From Octopus vulgaris (taxonomy: Eukaryota), in the NCBI GenBank assembly GCA_951406725.2, contig OX597828.1, positions 41,230,001 to 41,294,000 on the forward strand: 64,000 nucleotides of DNA. Reading direction: 5' to 3'. Shown here piece by piece: positions 51,178 to 63,976 of the stretch (the first letter of the stretch is position 1; each line of letters opens with the position of its first letter). The notes beneath the pieces were generated by a model. That model was given only the letters and a program-made list of their open reading frames with translations, was not told where the DNA came from and did not search any database. Both the position numbers and the translations under genes were made by a program.

Positions 51178-51522
51178 AATTGCAGCGTGGAAGGTGTTTG
51201 TAAGCCATTTAAGAAATACAGAAAAGCCATTTTCGTTTCAGCATACGATCTCAGATCAAATCACTTGCTATGCAAGTACATCTCCGTAATATATATATAT
51301 ATATGTTTGTACATGTATGTAGATATGACAGAGGGAAAAAGACAATAAAAAAACAATGCAAGGACAGGGTACATGCAAAGTATTGATAAGATGCTCAGAG
51401 AAGGAAAGAAAGAGCGGTTGTTTTATGTTTCATGCAAAGATCTTCTTCGGAAACAGGAGACATAGGAAAGTCCCAAAGAAAAGGAAGAAGGAGGCAAAAA
51501 ATCGCCAACAGTCCACACGAGG

Positions 51523-51733
51523 GAGGGGGTGCTGAAAAGTTCCTGGGTTTGGGTAAAAGAAAATACTGGGTGTTCAGTTAATTATGATTTTATTCAACAT
51601 ATTCCCCTCTTAAATTCACACACTTGTTGCAGCAGTCCTGTTTTGCTAAGCCCTATAAAAGAACTTGGAAGTTTGGTCTCCAACAAGGCCTTTCATGATG
51701 CCCTTAAAACCAGGAACTTTTCAGCACACCCTC
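51523..51733. mobile_element. Tc1/mariner-type MITE
   Basis: TIRs GAGGG.GTGCTGAAAAGTTCCTGG / CCAGGAACTTTTCAGCACACCCTC. Confidence 0.8.
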
Positions 51734-52102
51734 ATATATAAATCACTAAGTTTTTGGTGACATATCCCCTAAAACACATTCAACGAAAGGATGCTTTATA
51801 AAAGCCCAAATTTGCATAATGTTACATTATGTTGTATATTGTTACATATCAATTTATATAACCTGTCTCTTCTATCGCTTTTACTTGTTTCAGTCATTAG
51901 ACTGTGGCCATGCTAGGGCACCACCACCTTGAACTTTAAGTCAAATGAATCAACTCCAGTACAGGTACTAATTCTATTGGTCTCTTTTGCCAAACTGCTT
52001 AGTTACAGGGACATAAACACACCAACACCAGTTGTCAAGTGATGGTTGGGAACAAACACAGATACACACACACAAATATATATATATATATATTATTTTT
52101 TT

Positions 52103-52485
52103 ATTCTTTTACTTGTTTCAGTCATTTGACTACGGCCATGCTGGAGCACTGCCTTTAGTCGAGCAAATCGACCTCAGGATTTTTTTTTGTAAGCTTAGTA
52201 CTTGTTCTATCCGAACTGCTAAGTTACAGGGATGTAAACACACCACCATCAGTTGTCAAGCAATGTTGGGCGGACAAACACAGACACACACACACACACA
52301 TATATATATACATATACATATATATGATGGGCTTCATTCAGTTTCCATCTACCAAATCCACTCACAAGGCTTTGGTTGGCCCAAGGTTATAGTAGAAGAC
52401 ACTTGCCTAAGGTGCCACGCAGTGGGACTGATCCCGGAACCATGTGGCTGGTAAGCAAGCTACGTACCACACAGCCACTCCTGCG
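52103..52485 (-). mobile_element. SINE family A copy
   Basis: Reverse-complement match. Confidence 0.85.
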
Positions 52486-54347
52486 TTGAAATTCCAGTGA
52501 AGGAGCCTTGGATCTAGGTTAGAAACTGATTCTTTCTTTACTGGCAAGAAATCTTGAATTAAATTGAATGATGACATACATACATGTATACATATTTATA
52601 CGTGTATGTGTATTTGTATGTACGTCAGCATATTTATTATTTTGCATTCTGGCAATTTTTTGATCTCCTCAGCTCTTTTCTGCTCAGTGATTCTCCCATT
52701 TATGCATAGAAAGTGTTTCATATTCAGGAGAACACGCCAACTTACCTCTTTTGTACCTCTTACGTTTCTATTCAATATTCTAGTTACTCAGTCATCACAC
52801 CGACTGAATGGCAAATCTATTTTTATTTTCTTCTACAGGGCTTTTTTATTGTGCATTTTTTTTTTATTCTTCTTTAATTTTGTAGAGTGTGTTTTTTCTG
52901 AACTTACTCAGCCAATGCTAAATTGGTCACATCAGTGACAAACATGTCTACAGTAAATCCTCGACTATTGTGGGTGTTACGTTCCACTCTGCCACCACAA
53001 TAGGTGAAAATCTACGAAGTAGAAACAGTACTGTATTTTCTTTTACTCTTTTAACTGTTTTAGTTATTTGACAGTGGCCATGCTGGAGCACCACCTTTAG
53101 TCGAACAAATCTACCCCAGGTAATCAAAGGAAGTTCATGTTAGCAAAATAGTAAAGTGGGGATCTCCAGTAGTTTTTTAAGGGTCCCTGATAAAATTTTG
53201 CTTTAGATCTATGTATTGGTATGTATTGCAAGAAACAGGTTTCTTTTTCTAACATTTTTCATATTTCAACCTACACAAGTTAATGTGTAATAAACAAAAT
53301 AGGAATTTTAAAACCATGAAGCCTGCAGGTAACCTCCTACAGGCAAATAACAATGGACCGTATAAGAAAACCAAATGAAACCAAGTTTATTGAACGAGGT
53401 ATCTTTTGAAAGTGGAGGTACATGGCCTAGTGGTTAGAGCAGCAGACTCACGGTTGAGGTATCATGGGTTCGAATCTCAGACCAGGTGATGTGTGTGTTT
53501 AAGGGTGAAACATCTAAGCTCCATGTGGCTCTGGCAGAAGGTAATGGCGAACTTCTGCTGACTCTTTCGCCACAACTTTCTCTCACTCTTTCCTCCTGCA
53601 TCTTGCAGCTCACCTGTGACGGACCGACGTTTCATCCAGGTGGGGAACCTATATGCCAAGGAAACCGGGAAACCATAGCCGTCAAATGGCTATGGGGGTT
53701 CACCAAAATAAAATAGTACTCAAAGGGGTCCATAGATAAAAAAAAAAATGGTTGAGAGCCTCTGCTTTAGATGTGTGTATTGGTATGTATTGCAAGATAC
53801 AGCTGGGTTTCTTTCTCTAACATTTTACATAGTTCAACCTACACAATGTGTGATAAATAAGATAGGAATTTTGAAAGAAGTTTCTATAAAACTAGTTTTT
53901 AAACATCAAATGGCTATGGGAGGTTCACCAGAATAAAAAATCAAGAGTAACAAATTCAACATCTTTATATAGTATATTCAACTCCCAAAACCTGATTTTC
54001 TGCAAGCCTTTATTTTGTTTTTATCTGTTTTTTCTTTCTTTCTTATATTTTTTTTTTGCTTTGTGCTGTCTTTGCTTTGCAGCAGATAGCTCACTTTAAC
54101 CTTGTAACCTTTAAACTAGCCAAAATATTCTACCTGTTTTATATAGAGGAAGGCCAGATCCAGCCTTTCACACCTAACCTTCGATGTTACTCTAAAAATA
54201 AACAATCACATCATTAAAATTTCAAGGCTACAAGAAAATGCAGAATAAATTCAAAACAATGTGAATAAATAAGTATTACATTTAGTGGAGTAGTTGGAAT
54301 GCTAAAGGGTTAAAGAAACTTGCTTAAGGACAAACTGCCGTTTATAT

Positions 54348-54393
<46 letters not shown>

Positions 54394-54538
54394 CACAAAC
54401 AATGTTAACTTAAACAATTATGTTTGAATGAAGTTCACAATTTTGTGTGCTTCTGAATGTTTTATATGTGTTTCCCATACTGTAATTATTTTATGTTCAG
54501 CATACAGTCTCAGATAAAATCACAATAAAAATATAAAA

Positions 54539-54909
54539 TACGATAAAAATTTCAGATATTTGTCTTAAACATTCATACAAGCAAATTCATAATTGAGATG
54601 TATGACATGAGATATTATTCCATTCAAATAACCTCATATTTATATTAAGACACAGATGATAAAAATATAGAAATATAAGAATATAAACATAAAAAAATAA
54701 GGAATAACAGGAAAATAGAAAATATAGTTTATAGTTTGGTACGCTTCATATTTTTTTATGTTTATCTTCTTATATTTCTATATTTTTATCATCTGTGTCT
54801 TAATATAAATATGTGGTTATTTGAATGGAATAATATCTCATGTCATACATCTCAATTATGAATTTGCTTGTATGAATGATTAAGACAAATATCTGAAATT
54901 TTTATCGTA
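54539..54909. repeat. Long inverted repeat, arms ~54539-54698 and ~54749-54909
   Basis: TACGATAAAAATTTCAGATATTTGTCTTAA... / ...TTAAGACAAATATCTGAAATTTTTATCGTA. Near-identical arms; the insert sits between TA tracts. Confidence 0.85.
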
Positions 54910-54913
54910 TATA

Positions 54914-54969
<56 letters not shown>

Positions 54970-55303
54970 TTGTCACCTGTCTGCCTCCTGTGCCAGTGGT
55001 ACGTGAAAAAGTAGCATTCAATTGTGGTCATTGCCAGTGCTGCCAGTGCCGCCTGACACATAAAAAGCACCATTTGAGCGTGGTCAATGCCAGTACCACC
55101 TGACTAGCCCTCGTGCCAGTGGCACGTGAAATGCACCCACTACGCTCTCAGTGTGGTTGGTGTTAGGAAGGGCATTGAGCCGTAGAAAATCTGCCAGATC
55201 TGATTGGAGCCTAGTGCAGCCTTCTGGCTCGCCGGCCCTCAGTCAAACCGTCCAACTCATGTCAGCATGGGAAGCAGATGTTAAACGACGATGATGATGA
55301 TGA

Positions 55304-55355
<52 letters not shown>

Positions 55356-55456
55356 GTATATATACATACATATATATATATATACATATATTTGTATATA
55401 TACATACATATACATACACACACACAAATATATATATACATATACATAAAAACACA

Positions 55457-55506
<50 letters not shown>

Positions 55507-55509
55507 GCA

Positions 55510-56150
55510 TTTTTGTTAACTGTTACAAAGGTAAAGGAGATGCCTTAGAAAAAAGTAATTACAGGTGTATCAAATAACTGGACCAGTTATGAAAGTCACT
55601 GAAAAAGTCATAGCGCAGTTAATTAGAAAGAGAGTTAACCTGGATGAATTTGGTTTCGTGGCAGGGAGAAGCACTATTGATGCTCTCTTTATAGTTTGGC
55701 AACTACACGAGTGGCATTTAGCAGAAAGTAAACCATTGTACTTAGCATTCGCCATCCTGGAGAAAGCGTTTGACAGGGTGACTTGATCCAAGGTGGTTGC
55801 TTTGGAGCCAGGATTAGATGAATGGTTAGTGATAGCCATTTAAGCCATGTACAGGGATGCTGTTAGCAAACTGAGAGTTAACAGCAATGAATTTAGTGTG
55901 CAGGTAGGAGTTCATCAGGGTTCAGTTATACGTCACCTCTTATTTACCATAATCCTCTAGGCTATAACAGAGGAATTTAAGACTAGTTGTCTATAGGAAC
56001 TGCTCTGTGCTGATGACCTTGTTCTTATAGTAGAAACTGTAGGAGAATTAGAATTAGAATTCCAAGTGTGGAAACAGAAGCTGGAATCAAAGCTATCTTA
56101 AAGTTAACTTAGCAGTGATCAAAGTTCTAATTAGCAGAACAAACTGGACA
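55510..56150 (+). pseudogene. RTE LINE reverse transcriptase fragment
   Basis: [14 protein letters not shown]..., FGFVAGRSTIDALFIVWQL...LYLAFAILEKAFDRV, VGVHQGS, ADDLVL; contains stops and frameshifts. Confidence 0.85.
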
Positions 56151-56152
56151 TT

Positions 56153-56185
<33 letters not shown>

Positions 56186-56929
56186 TTAACATCTGTTTTC
56201 CATGCTGGCATGGATTGGACTGCTTGATAGGAACTGGCAAGGTCAGAAGCTGCACCAGATTCCATAGTCTGTTTTGGTATGGTTCCTATGGCTGGATACC
56301 CTTCTTAACACCAACCACTTTACAGAGTGTACTGGATGTTTTTTATGTGGGGGCCATCACCAGTGCTTTTTACATGGCACCAGCATCAGTACTTTTCACA
56401 TGGCACCAGCATCAGTACTTTTTATGTGGCACCATCATCAGTACTTTTACATGGCTCCAGTACCTTTTTTTTATGTGGCATCAGCTCTGGTGTCTTTTTC
56501 GTGGTACCAGCACCAACAGGATAACCATTTTGCAAGACAAAACCCCCTCAACTGGTTTTGGGGGAGCAGTATTGAGGGGATTTGGTTTTGTATCAGTTGG
56601 ACAATTTAAGGAATAGACAGGACAGAAATAGGTGTCATGCTGCAGAGTAGATTCATGGATTTGGTTAAATGGCTTTGTTCCATAAATAGACAAGGTATAG
56701 GTTGAACTACCATACAGTGTGTGTGTGTATACACACACATGCACATATAGGGAGACAATCCTTTGCACTTAATCCTTCTCCATTGCCAATGCATTCAACA
56801 AGTAGCTACAAGGTCTTATTTCTCCAATTTGAAGAGAGGTTACAGGCCACCAGCCATGAGGGTCTGAAGAAATGCTGTAAAGCGAAGATACTGGAAGGGG
56901 CCTGCAGTAAAATAGAACTAGGATTATAG

Positions 56930-58330
56930 GACAAACCATCACTGTAGAGAGTGAATGTAACTTTCTGGGTGCCACATTCAGCCTTGACACCAAGCTATAT
57001 GAGCCATTTCACAAACCAAACACTCACTCAAAATACATTACTGCTATGTCTAAGCACCCACCGTCCATTATATGGGGACTGGTAGGTAATATTCAGACCC
57101 AGGATATCCAGATTGTCAATGAAGAAATATTCAACTTGCATGCATCCTATTATAATGAGGCTTTAGCTAAGGCTGGATACAGAAAACAACACACACATAT
57201 ATGATGCACACACCACCAGCAACAATACCGAAGCAACTAGAGCACATACCTACAGAAATTACATTGGCTCAAAATATCACCATGGGCGTATAACACCCAA
57301 CAATAATGATATCCGAATACCAAACTTTCTAGTAATTAAAACTGCCACCTAAACACACCATGCAGCAAAACAGGTTGCATTAAACACCCACAACACACTC
57401 TGACTAATAAACCTAACCGAAAATATAAAAACCACAATGTTCTCTGGTACAACCAAATCAAGAGATCGGATGTGTCTTTAGGGATTTCTAGGCAGTTCTT
57501 TATAGCCTTAGACAAGTGGTTCCCCAAATCACACAAATACCATTCCATATCTAACAGGCATAGCATAAAAGTGTCTTCGGCCAACTCCTGCAACTTAGAG
57601 CAGTATATGCACCGAATCAACAGCAGAAAACTAAACAAAATCTTACACAAAACTAACAAACCTGTATACAATGCTCCCTCAACCAATCCCCCACTGGAAA
57701 CACTATGCATAGAAATCCACAGCACTAACCACTCTAGAAATAATAACAACCAAATCCTAAATAATCCCATGAGCCCACATAAGAACAGCATAGCAAACAG
57801 GAACCAGGATGGAATGAGAACAGCCAGACCAGCTTGGAATAACTGCAGGGCAGTAACAACAACTAACAACAAATGCTCGTGTAGGGACAAATCAAGATGC
57901 CCATTGCGTAACCTCTGCACGAGTCTAGCCTCATATATAAATACACAGTGCACACACGAGGAGGCCTGTGTGTGTATATAGGTGCAATGGCCAATGCATT
58001 TAAGAATCGATATTGCAACCACATCTCTAGCTTCAAAAATGTAACTAAGAGACATGCAACATCACTGGCGGATTTTCTGTGGAAATTAAAATCAGACAAC
58101 ATGAATTATGAACTGTCCTGGGCCGTATAACCCCCTTTCTGGGAGGTGTAGGTTGTGCTCTGAATAATCTTTGTCCATTCTATTAACTAGAGAAAGACTT
58201 ATCAATAAATTACCTGAAAGGGTTGCATGCTGCATGCATGCCAAGAAATCCACATTCACCCATTTACACCTCACCACCCTCACAGCCAGAAATAAGTTAA
58301 ATGAAGTACCCCATAGATCCTACGACTAAA
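56930..58330 (+). pseudogene. Decayed Penelope-like retroelement (Naiad-type): RT thumb, linker and C-terminal GIY-YIG endonuclease
   Basis: Frame-disrupted peptides NFLGATFSLDTKLYEPFHKPNTHSKYITAMSKHPPSII...NEEIFNLHASYYNEALAKAGY, LDKWFPKSHKYHSISNRHSIKVS, KCSCRDKSRCPLRNLC, YIGAMANAFKNRYCNHISSFKN...ATSLADFLWKLK...W, RCRLC...CMH match PLE RT/GIY-YIG architecture. Clade assignment is from memory of these motifs. Confidence 0.85.
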
Positions 58331-58471
58331 GTGCAGTACCATGGATGACGCCTGGTAGTCATAACTGGTGAATGTGCTTTCAAAGGCACACTACAAGGGA
58401 CATACCCAAAACAAGGTTTGGATACTACATTTTAAAGTCTCCTATCTAAACTTTAATTTAAACGTAATGTA

Positions 58472-59238
58472 TCATCATCATCATCATCCTCGTTTAACAT
58501 CCGCTTTCCATGCTAGCATGGGTTGGACAATTTGAATGAGGGCTGGCGAATTGGATGGCTGCACCAGGCTCCAATCTTGATCTGGCAGAGTTTCTACAGC
58601 TGGATGCCCTTCCTGACACCAACCACTCTGAGAGTGTAGTGGGAGCTTTTATGTGCCACCGGCACGGGGGCCAGTCAGACAGTACTGGCAACGACCTTGC
58701 TTGAATGTTTTTACACGTGCCAGTAAGGCCGCGCTGGTAATGATCATGCTCGAATGGTGCATTTTACGTGCCACTGGCATGGAAGCAAGTTGGCCGCTCT
58801 GGCAACGATCACTCTCGGATGGTGCTCTTAGCACGGGGCACAAGTGCAAGTAAGGTGATGCTGGTAATGATCACACTCGAATGGTGCCTTTTATGTGCCA
58901 CTGGCACAGAAGCCGGTTAGCCACTCTGTCGATGATCACACTCGGATGGTGCTCTTTGCACCCTGCTAGCACAGATGCCAGTTATAGAATTTGATTTTGA
59001 TTTCACTTGCCTCAACAGGTCTTCGCAAGCAGCGTTTAGTGTCCAAAGAAGGAAAAAGTATGCATAAGTGGGCTGGTTACGCCCCTGGCATAGGCCATGA
59101 GGTTATGGTCTCATTTGGCTTGCCAGGTCTTCTCAAGCACAGCATATTTCCACAAGTCTTGGTCACTAGTCATTTCCTTGGTGTGGCCTAAAGTTTGAAG
59201 GTCGTGCTTCACCACTTCATTTCAGGTCTTCCTGGGTC
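58472..59238 (-). mobile_element. RTE LINE 3' end (ORF terminus GRGRPRKT plus UTR with internal tandem units)
   Basis: (GAT)n tail and UTR shared with copies at 1645-2003, 9320-9707, 10204-10852, 24815-25104, 29840-30218, 40280-40560, 54975-55307, 56155-56515, 61435-61872, 61915-62372. Confidence 0.8.
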
Positions 59239-59255
59239 TACCTCTTCCACAGGTT

Positions 59256-59293
<38 letters not shown>

Positions 59294-59405
59294 AGGTCTC
59301 ATTCTTTGCTGTCAATTTTTATTACTATTATTATTATTATTATTATTGAGTGAGAGAGCAGTGCATGCCATCAAAGTGACACTGGGGTAAAATTTACGAA
59401 GCCCA

Positions 59406-59455
<50 letters not shown>

Positions 59456-59503
59456 TATCATTATTATTATTATTATTATCATCATCATTATATAGATAAC
59501 CCT

Positions 59504-59545
<42 letters not shown>

Positions 59546-59678
59546 TCTGTATATATATATATATAAATATATATATATATAGTAAATATATATATAAATA
59601 TATACATATATACATATATATATACATATATATATACATACATACACATATATTTACATATTTATATACATATATATA

Positions 59679-59724
<46 letters not shown>

Positions 59725-60358
59725 AATACACACATATACACACACACACATATGCCTATAAATCTATACATATACCTATAAATATATGTGTGTGTATGTA
59801 GACAGGTATGGTTGAATTTGTTGAGTAGTGGTGCTGTTTATATACGGGATATCTATATGGAGGGAAATAATGGCAGGTGCATGGGTGTGTTGCTTGTCTA
59901 TGGTACAACAGTGTCAAATGCCACTACATCACCCATCAGATTCCTCTGCATCACACATCAGGGTCACATGTCAGAATATTACCCTTCAATTGCTATGCGT
60001 TACTATTTATTGCAATTCATGTTGATTCATGTTTTTCCCTCCTGGTTTAATAAGGGAGCTCATAATACATCACTATCACATGCTGCAGCTTCAAAGAGCA
60101 GTTCTGCTCCAATGCACAATTTACTTTCGGTGACTAATAACAAAAATAATTTATATAACATTATTCAGTATCATTCAAGCATGCCCGCATGGCACATTAC
60201 CCTTTGCTACCACCCACCGGCAATGTGGTGGTTTAGATTTATATAAAGCAGTCATTATGTTCTGTACTGTCACATGAACCCTTAGAAATTCCTTCTCTCT
60301 CTCTCTCTCTCTGTATTAAAGGTCTCCAAATGAAGAAAGCTAAATCTTCACATTTACA

Positions 60359-60640
60359 CAGGGCCGGATTAAGACCCGTTGAAGCCTAAGCACTTAAAAG
60401 ATTTAGGTGCTCCCATAAAAGATTATGTAATCCAAAATATAAACAGTAACAACCCGTAAAATAGATTTTTATTTTTCAAAATGAAATAAAACAGTAAGAG
60501 GGAAAATAAGGTTTATTTTTGTATCTTTCCACTTTATTTATATTTGAGAAGTTTCCTCCTACATTTTTGAATGGCAAAATCTTTGATCAGATCCTCAAAA
60601 TTAATTTTAGGTAACACATTTGCATCTATACTTAGAGATA
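60359..60640 (-). mobile_element. hAT element end with transposase C-terminal remnant
   Basis: CAGGGCCGGATT terminus; minus-strand IDANVLPKINFEDLIKDFAIQKCRRK, resembling the end of the hAT dimerisation domain. Confidence 0.6.
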
Positions 60641-60908
60641 AAGGCATCCCAAATATTAGTTTTGCGAGTTTAAAGTGATTTCTTTTGTGTTGTAGACCAT
60701 TTACTATTTCTGTGGTATCCCCATTTTTCCTTGATGCCTCGTGCTTATTTTGTTGAATGGTTAATCTAGTGCCACATTTACATACGCCACAACATGCATC
60801 TAGTACTCACCACATACACGACAACATTAACATGCCAAAACTGTTAATTGTAACATTTGGTAAAGTAAATTAATGTCTACCAAATTGAAAAGGCATTAAA
60901 TATTATAT

Positions 60909-61330
60909 AGGCTCAGGAGTGGCTGTGTGGTAAGTAGCTTGCTAACCAACCACATGGTTCCGGGTTCAGTCCCACAGCGTGGCATCTTGGGCAAGTGTTT
61001 TCTGCTATAGCCCCGGGCCGACCAATGCCTTGTGAGTGGATTTGGTAGACAGAAACTGAAAGAAGCCCGTCGCATATATGTATATATATATAAGTGTGTG
61101 TGTATATGTTTGTGTGTCTGTGTTAGTCCCCCTAGCATTGCTTGACAACCGATGCTGGTGTGTTTACGTCCCCGTCACTTAGCGGTTCGGCAAAAGAGAC
61201 CGATAGAATAAGTACTGGGCTTACAAAGAATAAGTCCCCGGGTCGATTTGCTCGACTAAAGGCGGTGCTCCAGCATGGCCGCAGTCAAATGACTGAAACA
61301 AGTAAAAGAGTAAAAGAGAGTAAAAGAGTT
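60909..61330 (+). mobile_element. Full-length tRNA-derived SINE, family A (CORE-like domain, internal TA/TG microsatellite, AAAAGAGT tail)
   Basis: A box GTGGCTGTGTGGTAAG, B box GGTTCAGTCCC, CORE-like GGCA(C/T)CTTGGGCAAGTG. About 20 copies or fragments in the window, e.g. 22-260, 1386-1512, 7648-7737, 17730-18135, 31733-32065, 32529-32690, 36548-36712, 51878-52075. Confidence 0.9.
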
Positions 61331-61434
61331 ATTTAGTTGTTGTCCTCTTTTCTTTCAAGTCCCACTCTCTATCTCACCCTTTTGTCTCTATGCATTACAC
61401 ATACATATCTACACAGACACACATGCACACAGAT

Positions 61435-61475
<41 letters not shown>

Positions 61476-62394
61476 TTAACATCTGTTTTCCATGCTGGCA
61501 AGGGTTGGACAGTTTGATTGAAAACTGGTAAGCCAGGGAGCTGCACCAGGCCTCAATCTGATTTGGTATGGTTTCTACAGCTGGATGCCCTTCCTAACAC
61601 CGACCACTCCAAGAGTGTGTGTGTGTGTGTGTGGGTGGTGGTGCTTTCTGAATGCCACCAGCATGGGTGCCAGTTATGAAACACCAGCATCGACCATGAA
61701 TACAATCTCACTTGGCTTGGGAGGTCTTCTCAAGCACAGTATAACGCCAATGGTTTCGGTCACTTGTCACTGCCTCTGTGAGACCCAAAGTTTGAAGGGT
61801 GCTTTTTATGTGCCATCAGCACAGGTGTCAGTTATGTGATGCTGGCATCAGCCATGACTACGATTTCACTTAGCCCATATATATACATACACATACACAC
61901 ACAGACATATATATATCATCATCATCATCATCATCCTTTGACTCTGTTTTCCATGCTGTCATGGGTTGGACGGTTTGACTGGGGACTGGTAAGCCAGGAG
62001 GCTGCACCAGGCTCCAATCTGATCTGGCAAGGTTTCTACAGCTGGATGCTCTTCCTAATGCTAACCACTCCGAGAGTGTAGTGAGTGCTTTTTACATGCC
62101 ACTAGCATGGGAGCCAGTCAGGTGGCACTGGCATCGACCATGTTTGGATGGTGCTTTTTACATGTCACTGGCACGGGGAGCCAGCCAGTCAGGCAGCACT
62201 GGCATTGACCCACGCATGAATGGTGCTTATTGTGTGCCACCAGGATGGGAGCCAGTCAGGCAACACTGGCATCGACCATATTTGGATGGTGCTTTTTATG
62301 TGCCACTGGCACGGGAAGCCAATCAGGTGGCACTGACCTCGGTCACAGCTACCATTTCCATTTTGATTTCGATATATATATATATATTACTTTA

Positions 62395-62634
62395 TTCTTT
62401 TACTCTTTTACTTGTTACATTCATTTGACTGCAGCCATGCTGGAGCACCGCCTTTAGTCAAACAAATCTACTTATTCTTTGTAAGCCAACTACTTATTCT
62501 ATCGGTTTCTTTTGCCGAATCACTAAGTTATGAGGACGTAAATACACCAACATTCGTTGTCAAGCGATGGTAGGGGGGGGGGCAAACACAGACACACAAA
62601 TGCATACACACACACACACACACACATATATGTA

Positions 62635-62671
<37 letters not shown>

Positions 62672-62826
62672 GACAGGGTTCTTTCAGTTTCTGTCTACTA
62701 AATTCACTCATAAGGCTTTGGTTGGCCCAAGGCCATAGTAGAAGACACTTTCTCAAGGTGTCACACAGTGGGGCTGAACCTAGAACCATGTGGTTGGGAA
62801 GCAAGCATCTTACCACACAGCCACAC
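62395..62826 (-). mobile_element. SINE family A copy
   Basis: Reverse-complement match. Confidence 0.85.
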
Positions 62827-63188
62827 ATTTATTTTCTTGTGGTCTCACCACACAATATCTGGCTGAATTTATCAATTGTTCATGTTTGGTGTTTTGGATG
62901 ACGACACAAATTCGTCGCCCAAAAATCAACATTTGGACGCATCAAATTTCATTCCAATGTCTTTAGAGAATTGGGTTATGAGATCCAGGTTTTTTTTTTT
63001 TTTCATGTGGTTGATACTTGGTTCATTCACCAATAAAGAAGTGGTGAGAGATATTACTGGACCCATTCCTATAGCTGCTATTCCCTCCCACCTCCTATTC
63101 CATCAGCTGTAAGCATTCTCTGCACTGACCGAATTAAGAATCCTCTACAGCTAACCTCTCTCTAACTCTCCTCTCTATCCATATACAT

Positions 63189-63252
<64 letters not shown>

Positions 63253-63253
<1 letters not shown>

Positions 63254-63415
63254 TGGAGTAAACACATAAATGTGAAACAAGGTGGATAAAAGAGTACTCA
63301 AATACCAGTGGTAGAGTAATATGCATTATTTTATTCTAGCAAAAACTGTCCGATGAACGGCAATGGGAAACTCAGAGTAACAGGTTTTGTTGAATTTTCT
63401 GCTGCTTTAAATAAA

Positions 63416-63416
<1 letters not shown>
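63253..63416. mobile_element. Second copy of the 50868 fold-back family, missing most of one arm
   Basis: Same left end (GGAGTAAACACATAAATGTG...) and same right end (...AATAAAG|TATA) as 50868-51138; embedded in (TA)n; decayed hammerhead CCGATGA...GAAACTCAGAGTAACAG. Confidence 0.8.
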
Positions 63417-63469
<53 letters not shown>

Positions 63470-63473
63470 GTGG

Positions 63474-63638
63474 AGGCATGGGTGTGTGGTAAGTAGCTTG
63501 CTTACAAACCACATGGTTCTGGCTTCAGTCCCACTGCATGGTACCTTGAGCAAGTGTCTTCTACTATAGCCTTGGGTTGATCAAAACCTTGTGAGTGGAT
63601 TTGGTAGAAAAAAACTGAAAGAAGCCCATATATATATT

Positions 63639-63681
<43 letters not shown>

Positions 63682-63895
63682 ATATATTTGTTTGTGTGTC
63701 TCTGTTTGTCCCCACCACCATCGTTGATGATTGATATTGGTGTGTTTACAGCCCTTTAGCTTAGCGGTTTGGCAAAAGAGACCGATAGAATAAGTACTAG
63801 GCTTACAAAGAATAAGTCCTGGGATCGATTTGCTCGACTAAAGGCAGTGCTCCAGCATGGCCGCAGTCAAATGACTGAAACGAATAAAAGAATAA
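63474..63895 (+). mobile_element. SINE family A copy
   Basis: Match to family A. Confidence 0.9.
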
Positions 63896-63945
63896 ATATA
63901 TATATTGTGTGTGTGTGTATATGTGTGAGTATGAGTGTGTTCGTG

Positions 63946-63976
<31 letters not shown>

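Noticed and set aside
57336-58055. 239-aa minus-strand ORF
   Set aside because: It is the antisense shadow of the Penelope-like ORF and has no recognisable features.
57900-58400. Selenoprotein recoding (in-frame TGA plus SECIS) in the Naiad-like element
   Set aside because: Conserved Cys positions I could read are TGT/TGC, the interrupting stops seen are TAA, and the ATGA..GA segment near 58345-58372 is too short for a SECIS.
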